Below, in pieces: positions 12,523 through 20,874 of a stretch of DNA of 37,794 bases (positions within the stretch are counted from its first letter, which is position 1; each line of letters begins with the position of its first letter). The DNA comes from Chiloscyllium plagiosum. Lineage: Eukaryota. The notes beneath the pieces are model-generated. The model was not told the DNA's origin. It did no database searches and was given only the letters and a program-made list of their open reading frames with translations. Both the position numbers and the translations under genes were made by a program. The stretch is taken from NCBI RefSeq assembly GCF_004010195.1, contig NC_057719.1, forward strand, positions 41,301,129-41,338,922. Direction: 5' to 3'.

Positions 12523-13222
12523 TGAAGTGGGAGATGGCATGGGGCAGGGTGACACTAGGCATACGGACACACACGTTGGCCACTGAACCATAAGGTGGCA
12601 CTTGACACACAAGATGACCACTGGACTACAATATGGAGTAAATACACATATTGCCTGGGGCCACCAGAATGCCAGCAAAATGCAATCACAACCTAGTTGA
12701 TTAGTTTAAGGTGGGTGGGGGAGAGAATACACATGAGTTACGTACACGGCCCGCCAAAGTGTCTGGATCCAGCCAACACCTTTGATAGAAATGCTAACAG
12801 TTTGATACAAACTCAATGCAAAGTGCTGTAGTAATCGTCCTTCTCAGGAAAAGTGATTAGCGCCCATTACAACAGCAGTGGACGTCCACGCAGACATTGA
12901 AACTGACAATGTCTGTGCTGAAACTGACAGCGACTGCACTGAAATTAACAAAGGCTGCGCTGGAACTGACAATGACTGCATTGAAACTATCAACGATTCT
13001 GCAATGTTTACAACAAACAAGCAATGTTCCAGAGACAATAACCTTATCACTGACTTATTATATCGCAAAGTGCCTTGACATGTGCGGGGGGTTGAGAGGA
13101 GACTTGCAGCTGGCCACTGTGCTGTTGGTGTCTTTCTCTCCCCAGAGCTCCAGTCCTTGTACAATAAACTTTGCTTTTGTACCCTGACTCTGACTCCGAG
13201 TCTGGTGATTTTCCCTACAACA
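12523..13222 (+). repeat. 5' LTR (700 bp)
   Basis: tgaagtgggag...ctacaaca; colinear with 18973-19692 (15 substitutions plus 1 gap in the first 100 aligned columns); AATAAA at 13163-13168; TATA box deleted relative to the 3' LTR. Confidence 0.95.
12899..13003 (+). repeat. Five degenerate 21-bp tandem repeats in U3 (consensus ~gaaactgacaatgactgcact)
   Basis: Units start at 12899, 12920, 12941, 12962 and 12983; the same array is at 19376-19480. Confidence 0.9.
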
Positions 13223-13224
13223 AT

Positions 13225-13242
13225 TGGCACTGCGAGCAGGGT
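13225..13242 (+). promoter_or_regulatory. Primer-binding site, tRNA-Ser-like
   Basis: TGGCACTGCGAGCAGGGT, 2 nt after the 5' LTR; 16/18 match to the complement of the vertebrate tRNA-Ser(TGA) 3' end as recalled (TGGCGCAGCGAGCAGGGT). Confidence 0.8.
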
Positions 13243-14204
13243 TCTTATTATTGGTGCCCTGTTCGAAGGCCACGATCAGGGGACCAGGGTAAGAACAAAT
13301 TTGTACCTGCAAACGGGAAGAGTCAGACCAGGCCAAGGACACAGTTTAAAAGGTATACCGATTGTAATGTCTGATTTGCTACAGTACTGAGTTAAAAAAA
13401 AGATTTTAAGTTCATGTCTGTGGAGAATAAGTGTTTAACTGTATTAACTGTTGTAAGAACCAGCTGTTTGTGCTGAAACAGCCAGAGGACAGGGTAGTGC
13501 CTGTCTCAAAAGCCCTGCCCTAAACCAGTTGTTAAGAGGGTAGCCCCCACCACGTGAAGGTTGGGATTTGAAGTGGGAATTGAGGTGCCAAGGGCACTGG
13601 GAGCTGTGAAGCACAAGTGGCAAAGTCGGATAACATTGGACTGTGTAGGAGCGAACAATGCAGAGTCCAGTTAGAGTTGAAGTTAAAGGTTGGGTGCTGT
13701 CTGTACTTGTAACTTCCAGTGTGGTGAGGAATTGGAGCTGATCACTCTGACCAAGAGCCAAACCTCAGTGGAGCGCACATAACCAAGGTGGGGAGCATGG
13801 ACACTGTGAGTAACCGTGATACCCTGTCAGTCCGTAGTAGAACGGTGGAACTTGAATAGTGGCGGTGGCCGGGAAGGTAAAGAGTCCCACCGGTAGAGAG
13901 CGCAGTGTGCTAGAGGTAGGTTTCTGGGCCTATTGGGGGGCATTGGGTCAGCAGAGGTGTAGAGGAGTCCTGGTAGAGAGCACACCCTATTGAGCCAGCA
14001 TCCCCAACCGACTGATAGGTAGCAACTAGTAGTGGTGGTCGGGAGGGTAGGGAGGTCCCACTAGTAGAGAGCACACCTTGCTAGGAAGCTGCCATGGCCA
14101 TACAGATTGTGCTGGGACAGTATTATTGGCCAGGGGGTAGAGAAGTCCCCACTGGTTAGGAACACGTTACTGTTGGTAGTATCCGTGGGTACACAATCTG
14201 CTAA

Positions 14205-15505
14205 ATGGCAGATCGAAGTTCTAAGGGGGATACTGCAGGTTCCCTTATTGAGAAATACAAGGCAGACAGACAAGGGCTGACAGAACAAATGAAGAAGAGT
14301 GGTTGGGACCCATCCCAGACATTAGCACAACAGAGACAGTGGATAGATAAGCAGAAATGGAATAAAATAAAAAGCTAGGGGTAATGTTAGTACACCAATT
14401 AGCAGGCCTAATTGAACAAGTAGCAGGTGGAGAGAAGACCAAGAACAAATTGAGGAGCTGGAGGATAGGATAAAGGAGCTAGAACACAGATTATGAAAAG
14501 TACAGAAGGAAAGGGAGATTGACTCTCTCCCCTCCTATGAAACCCTCCAGCAGGGATCAATTGCTCCCTCTGTTGGATGAACCGTGCAGGAGTATAACTT
14601 AGAGCCCATTACCAGACAAGGAACAGACTCACAGCCCAAAGCGAATTATAAATCCTTCACCCCAGGGGAGAGGCACCAAATTATGGCCTTCCTGGAGAAA
14701 TTGCAGCCCCGGAGTGCGAACACTCTGGGAAGAGTTGGATACTGTATGGGAAGGGCACCAACTGAGGGACATACATCAGTTGGTCCAGGCAGCTTGCCCA
14801 GTGAACAAGTAGAGACAGATAGATGGGGGACCTGATGTCACAGCAACCTGAGACTTTAGGGGAGGACGGTGGTCGCATGCCGTTGCCCTTACAGCAGTGA
14901 TAAAAGACCAGCAGGTCCCCTTCGCCAATTTTAAAGAGGAAATCCAGAGAGTGCTAGGAAATGCTCCCATGAACTGGAGCAAGATCACGAACACTGAGCA
15001 ACTTAAAGGGGAAAGAGCCTCTGAATATGGGAAATGATTATTTAGAGCCTATCAAGAATGCTCAGGGCAAGCAAACCCAGATAGGGTGGACCATTCGGGG
15101 GCATTCATCCAAGCTTTTAAAGATGGGCTCTCTTGCACCCACCAAGCCATCCTGAAAAGGGGAGTAATAATGTCCCAGTATTATGATGACCTAGTCGAGT
15201 GGGCTAGCAGGATGCAGGATGCAGAAGCTCCTGCGACAATGACAAGACCTGACAAAGCAGCCTACCCAAATGGAGAAAAGAATAGAATGAAACGATCCTG
15301 CCACAACTGTGGCCGATAGGGACACTTTGCTAGAGAGTGTAGGGTCCCACTAGCAGGAAATAGACCAGGGGACAATGTAAAATACTGCAGCCGCTGCAAA
15401 AGGACAGGACACACAGAAGCAGTGAGCTGGGAAAAGCATGGGGCACCCCCAAACACTACCCGGAACACCGCGGAACTGCGGGAGTCCCGAGATCAGCAGA
15501 GCTGA
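14205..15505 (+). pseudogene. gag: Retroviral gag, disrupted by frameshifts and stops
   Basis: ATG 14205 (MADRSSKG..); coiled-coil EQIEELEDRIKELEHRL; LPSY late-domain-like motif; capsid-like Q.KGE.ASEY...LF and AFIQAFKDGL; knuckles CHNCGR*GHFAREC and CSRCKRTGHTEAVS. Confidence 0.9.
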
Positions 15506-15860
15506 CAACCAGCTGCACCCATATGTGAGGATAAGGGAGAGGGGAGAATTTACAAGCTCACAGTAATAGGAGGGAGGAAATGTGAAATGCTAGTAGACAC
15601 AGGAGGGGCTGTATCCATCACAAATTTACCATTATCCCACACAAGTAAAATGATTCACTTAACTGGGGTAGGAGGGGACAAAACATCAGCTTGCCTAGGC
15701 GAAACTACCCTCGTAGAAATAAACTATATATATGTAATATCCCCATTAAATTCTATGTAAGCCAAAATAACGAGGGTACTATAATGGGCAATGGTCTCAT
15801 GAGAGAATATAATGTTCTAATCGATTGTGCAAAAGGGAAATTGATTTGGCCCAGACAGGA
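15506..15860 (+). pseudogene. pro: Retroviral aspartic protease
   Basis: MLVDTGGAVS (DTG at 15596-15604), flap LTGVGG, and TIMGNGLMREYNVLID after a frameshift; same frame as the end of gag. Confidence 0.92.
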
Positions 15861-15984
15861 TGGTCAGAAGACTGAGATTGGAAAACTTACAAGTCAACTT
15901 GAAACTATTAAAGTGGCTACTGTCACCAGTAGAGACTGGAACCTCGAAAAGGGGGGTTCGGAGCCATCTGTGCCTCCATTCCCA

Positions 15985-17191
15985 GAGCCTGGGCAGAAAC
16001 AAAGTTAGATACAGGTCTAGTTAACATAGGCCCAATAAGGGTTCCCAGGCCGGAGCATAAGCCCCACCAGCAATACCTAATAAAACCCGAAGCAGAACAA
16101 GCAGTTGTGAAGATAGTGCAAGGACTAGCGAAACAGGGAATCCTGAAAGAAACTGCAAGTACGTCTAATTCCCCAATGTGGCCAGTAATAAAGCTTGACA
16201 GGAGTCACAGGCTCACCATTGATTATACGGGACTAAATAAGGTCACCCCCAAATTGCATCCCATTGTAACAGACCCCTCCACCATTTTAAACAGCTTGGC
16301 CCCTGAGCACAAGAGGTTTACTGTTTTAGACATAGCCAACAGGTTCTTGTCTATCCCGTTACATCCTGAGTCCCAGAACAAATTCACTTTTACAGTAAGG
16401 AACAGGCAGTACACATGGACTCGCCTGCCACAAGGGTTCCACAACAGCCCCACTACTTTTCACAGGGAGATGAGAGACATCCTAAACAGAATAGATTTAC
16501 CAGAGGGCAGCACTGCCCTCCAAATGTAAGTAATATCCTAATTGCCTCAGAGTCAGGACACCAGGAAGCTTTATGCCTAGTATTATAGGAACTGGCAACT
16601 GCAGAGTTAAAAGTTTGCCCCACAAAGGCACAGATTGGCATAACCCCAAATTTATACCTTACCTTACAGGGACAGGGACTCAAAGAAATGCCCAATGCCT
16701 TCAAGAAGGCAATCCAACAGATGCCATGACCTGCCACTGTCAGGGGGTCAGAAAGGTCATGGGGCTATTCAACTACAGTTGGAGCTTTATACCTGAGTTC
16801 ACAAAATTGGCTGAACTGATCCAGAGATTAATTAAAGGAGGCAAGCCCACCTTGGAACCTGTAACCTGGGGGCCAGAACAGGAGGAGGCATTCAGTCAGC
16901 TTAAAACTCAGCTCATATTGACCCCCGGGTTAGGGTTTCCAGATCCAGGCAAGGATTTTCACATCCACTGTAATAATGAGGGATGATTTTAGTCTGCAGT
17001 GGTCACCCAAAGACCACGTTAACAGGAGAAGGCGTGTAGGGTACTACTCAACCACAGAAGGGCCAGTAGTCACCGGGTTGCCCAGGTGTATAGCAATCTT
17101 AGACTGTGCTGCTTGGGCCGTTAGGGTTAGTGAGCCCATAGTAATGACAGGGACTGTCATCCTCTGCCCTAAACACACCCTAGTCGAGATG
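15985..17191 (+). pseudogene. pol: Retroviral reverse transcriptase plus connection/tether domain
   Basis: WAETKLDTGLV..QQY.IKPEA, SNSPMWPVIK, RLTIDYTGLNKVTP, FTVLDIAN.F.SIPL, YTWTRLPQGFHNSP; YxDD decayed at ~16521-16537; VMGLFNY..FIPEF, W..EQEEAF..LK..L...P.LG.PD, VGYYS, LPRC. Confidence 0.95.
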
Positions 17192-17416
17192 CATATGATG
17201 TGGTAATAAGTGGGAACACCTGCGCCTGCCTATTTTAAAGGAAAAGGTGCATGGAAGCAGCAGACCCAACTCAAACTGTTTAAAGACTCCTGTGACCAAA
17301 CTAATGTCATTGACCATTCCCCAAGTGCAGACAGGAACAGCGGACAAGATGGTCATCCCGGGGGGAGTACCGAAAACACAACAGAACAAACCACACAAAA
17401 GCACGACTACATCTGA
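17192..17416 (+). pseudogene. pol: Integrase C-terminal remnant (GPY/F-like module)
   Basis: (P)YDVVISGNTCAC, then after a frameshift FKGKGAWKQQTQLKLF, fits GPYxV....A......W.H...LK; no HHCC or DDE core is present upstream. Confidence 0.75.
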
Positions 17417-18916
17417 CAAAAACAAAGACTCTGACTGATAACTTTATTTTAACTGCAAACTGTATATATCTGTATGTGTTTCACTGTGTTTAAATGTCAC
17501 GACTGTCGGGAGCATGTCAAGATTTGAAGATAGCTTCTTCAGTAAAACCCACCTAAGCTTACATGCGAACCGAACTGTCTGCTACCCACTGGTGTGATCA
17601 GTGGAATCACTATTTGTGGCTATCCCGGTGTGGCCCCTCGCGACCCGTATACAGTAGACACCTTGGGAGTGCCGTGTAAGGGGCAGATTGGGAAATACAA
17701 ACAGGGACTCCAGGGCAGATGTGTGCAGCTGGGCAGGACCACCGGCCAATGGGGCTGCGTCCCCCAGCCTAGGGAAGGGAAACCCATTTAAAACCCAGTA
17801 ATTACCCATTCTGTTTCACAGGGCAGGGATGGGCATGTGTTTATACCCTGGTTCCCAAAAACGACTCATGCATCCAGACACAGTACACTTATCAGCGCTG
17901 TACAGTCACTAGGGGATGGTTTACCTGCACCTGCAGCGAGCAGGCATGCTTGAATGTCACTGCGGGCAGACAGTTCATATGTGATCAGTGCAATGGCACC
18001 CATGTCAGCTGTGCCACATGGACATACCCGTTCAATACTTACCAGCTGGTGAGGGGATGGCACCTTGGGGATTGGGGCAACATGCGTACACAGACAAACA
18101 GAAGAACAGAACAATGTATGTTACTGAGCGGCGAAGGGATTTTTTCTATTTGATGAGACTTATGCGACAGACACCCCAGACCTCCCAAACCTGTTCGTGG
18201 TAGGGACAATTGCAACCCTTACTGTACCATACCCCGGGGGGGCATATTTGGAGAAGGATAGTGACCGGCGCCATCAGTCAGGAGTTCTGTGCTGACTGGC
18301 AGGTCCCCACCACTTTGGGGTCATCATTGGGATATGGATTCTTGGGATCGCTATCTTTGGGGGGGGGTGCACAGCAGAAGTCTTCAGCGCTCAAAACCGA
18401 AATTACCTTGTATGTGGCCTGACTATCTGAGGCAATAATACTTCAAAAGCTCTGGAAGAAATTAATACAGAGTTGGCTGAACTCAGACTCTACATACAGC
18501 AGACATGTTACGCGGTGGATTATCAATTAGCAAAGCAAGGAGGAGTTTGTACAATTATTGGTGACAATTATATTACCCATGTTATTGATGCCTCTTATAA
18601 CATTACAGAAGCCATCAAGAATATTCGAGACCAGCTCGACAATTTTCGAAAGGGAGCCATAATTACAGACAACTGGCTAAATTGGTTGCTAGGTAAATCT
18701 TGGGGACCCTATTTGGCACATGAGATAATTCTCCTCATTGCACTCCTGCTGGTACTCTGTGTGGGCCTCGGGTGTTTAAAGCTCTGCTGTAAGGTGCTAC
18801 TGATGAGAACTATACCAGCAGCGAGTGTCACCACAGAAGGGCCCCCAACAAAATTGGCACTCCATGATACCCCTCGGGAAGAGGAGCTCCGAGAGATGAT
18901 CTGCCTCTACATGTGA
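17349..18916 (+). pseudogene. env: Retroviral env with filovirus-GP2-like TM subunit, disrupted
   Basis: Hydrophobic signal-like LYISVCVSLCLNV; Cys- and sequon-rich SU; basic site WRRIV(TG)AIS; C..fusion loop..C; ISD-like ELRLYIQQTCYAVDYQLAKQGGVC; Trp-rich membrane-proximal region; TM helix IILLIALLLVLCVGLGCL; stop at 18914-18916. Confidence 0.92.
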
Positions 18917-18961
18917 ATTGGGTGGTCTGCGGGAGATTTCCGAAGTTGTCTCCTTGACCAC

Positions 18962-18972
18962 AAAGGGGGGAG
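18962..18972 (+). promoter_or_regulatory. Polypurine tract
   Basis: aaaggggggag directly before the TG of the 3' LTR. Confidence 0.92.
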
Positions 18973-19692
18973 TGAAGTGGGAGATGGCACAGGTCAGGGT
19001 GACACAAGGCACATGGACACACAAGATGGCTGCTGAGCCATAAGCTGGCCACTTGACACATAAGATGGCTACCGGATCATAATATGGAGAGAGACAGCAG
19101 AGCAAATGTAGATACTGCCTGGGGCCACCAGAATGCCAGCACAATGCACTCACAACCTGGCGGATTAGTTTAAGATGGGTGGGGGAGAGAATACTCATGA
19201 GTAGCATATACTGCCTGCCAAAGTGTCTGGGTCCAGCCAACACCTTTTATAGAAATGCTAACAGTTTGATATGGACTCAGTACAGAGTGCTAATAGCCAG
19301 GGTTGCAGTAATCATCCTTTTCAGGAAAAGCGCTTAGCGCCCATTACCACAGCAATGGACTTCCGCGCAGACATCGAAACTCACAATGTCTGCACTGAAA
19401 CTGACAATGACCGCACTGAAATTAATAAAGACTGCGCTGGAACTGATAATGATTGCATCAAAACTATCGACAATTCTGCAACGTTTACAACAAACAAACT
19501 ATGTTCCAGAGAATAACCTCATCACTGACCTATTATATCACAAAATGTATAAAAGTATCTTGACATGTGCTCTGAGTGGAGAGAAGAATCGCAACTGACA
19601 ACTTGGTATCTTTCTCTCCCCAGAGTTCCAGTATTCCCTTTTACAATAAACTCTATTGTTGAACCCCGAAGCTGGTGATTTTCCTTGCAACA
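18973..19692 (+). repeat. 3' LTR (720 bp)
   Basis: tgaagtgggag...ttgcaaca followed by TSD caac; TATAAAA at 19548-19554; AATAAA at 19645-19650; two YY1-like AAGATGGC motifs near 19023 and 19062. Confidence 0.95.
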
Positions 19693-19696
19693 CAAC

Positions 19697-19940
19697 ATTG
19701 GAAAAAGAACCAATTAGCATCCATTACACAAGAATGTGATAATAAGCAGCTAAACCTTTTTTTTTGGTGTTGCTAAGTGAAACATAAATATTAGCTGGAA
19801 AGCCAGGAGTGGTGACTTATTTGAAGTATTATGGAATCTTTTCATCAACCTGAGAGGGCACATTTGCCAGTGCAGTACTTCCTCAGTCTAGATTTCATGC
19901 TTAGGTATTGATATTGTCACATTCTAACTTAGGAGTGAGA
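19697..19940 (-). mobile_element. 5' part of the SacSINE1-like SINE interrupted by the ERV
   Basis: aatgtgataat..taaatattagc..atggaatcttttcatcaacctgagagggca..cagtgcagtacttcctcagt is the reverse complement of the Deu core. Confidence 0.65.
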
Positions 19941-20460
19941 CACAGGACTGGGGAAGTGCATTTTCTGAGTGTTATTGAAAAACAGCAGTCAGAAGTCCAG
20001 TCTTCCCTCAAAATCCTCCTCTCACTTCATTCAAGTACATGTATGGCTTGAGTATCTAATTTTTCTGGGTGATGTATTGAGGAATCAATGCAAGCACGGC
20101 CTATTTTAGATTTAATATTAAGCAATGAGAAAGAGCCAATTTATAGTCTTCTTGTAAGGAACCTTTCGGAAATAATTGCCACAGAGGAGAGAATTGTCCA
20201 TTACATTTGAAAAAAGTAGATGTGGTTCAATCTGAAACTAAACCCTAAATGTAAATCAGGGTAATTTCAAATATATGAAAACATAGGTGGCTGAATTAGA
20301 TTGAAAAATTACATTCAAAGGTTTGACTTGGTTAGCAATAGCAACTATTTAAGTAATTAATGTTTGGTTTTCATTATTTTAGGGCAAAAAAAAACATTGG
20401 TGAGAGAATTGTGGCGAACCAGAGATGTTAAAGATGGTCAGATGGTTAGATTAGAGGAAC

Positions 20461-20874
20461 TCGGCCTGGACAATCACACAGGCCAACCTCCCATCTACCA
20501 AGCCCTGTGTCAAGAAAAGGCTGCCAGCATTCTCAAAGATCCAACCCACCCTGACAATTTCTACCATCGGGGAGAAGGTACAGAAGCCTGAACACGCGCA
20601 CCAGCAGGTTTCGTAACTGCTTCTATCCTACTGTTGATAAAATATTGTTTGGACTCAAACTCTTAACATTCGCCTGTACCTGTGTTTTGGATTTTGCCAC
20701 TGTTTACTTATTATTTACTTATCTATGCTACTTAACTATGTGAGCTGCCTGTATTGCTCGCAAGACAAAGCTTTTCACTGTGCCTCGGTACACATGACAA
20801 TGAATTCAAATCAATTCAATTCAGTTCAATTCAATTCAATTCAGTTCAATTCAATTCAATTCAATTCAATTCAA
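20461..20874 (+). mobile_element. Rex1/Babar-like LINE 3' end with (CAATT)n tail
   Basis: KAASILKDPTHP..SGRRYRSL..RTSRF.N.FYP motif; pentanucleotide tail at 20803-20874. Confidence 0.75.
20803..20874. repeat. (AATTC)n microsatellite
   Basis: Directly visible tandem pentamers with occasional AGTTC units. Confidence 0.95.

Larger units (their letters stand above)
12523..19692 (+). mobile_element. Endogenous retrovirus provirus (LTR-gag-pro-pol[deleted]-env-LTR), defective
   Basis: Paired LTRs with TG..CA termini; TSD CAAC at 12519-12522 and 19693-19696; PBS; PPT; gag zinc knuckles; protease DTG; RT LPQG; env TM. Confidence 0.97.

Noticed and set aside
12899..13003. CRISPR-like array
   Set aside because: Head-to-tail degenerate repeats with no unique spacers, inside a vertebrate retroviral LTR.
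18250..18790. Endogenous filovirus (non-retroviral EVE) or lokiretrovirus
   Set aside because: The gene sits in the normal env position between integrase and PPT, with no NP/VP35/L remnants; it has an ISD-type TM rather than the paramyxo/pneumovirus F-like fusogen of lokiretroviruses.
18473..18916. Domesticated syncytin-like env gene
   Set aside because: Only the TM C-terminal part is open; the signal, SU and fusion loop carry stops and frameshifts, and conserved Arg/Cys residues appear mutated.
18797..19243. Antisense ORFs over the LTRs (also 12844-13230) as HBZ/ASP-like genes
   Set aside because: Neither is preserved at comparable length in the other LTR and neither has a recognisable motif; the 21-bp repeats inflate open-frame length in the 5' LTR ORF.
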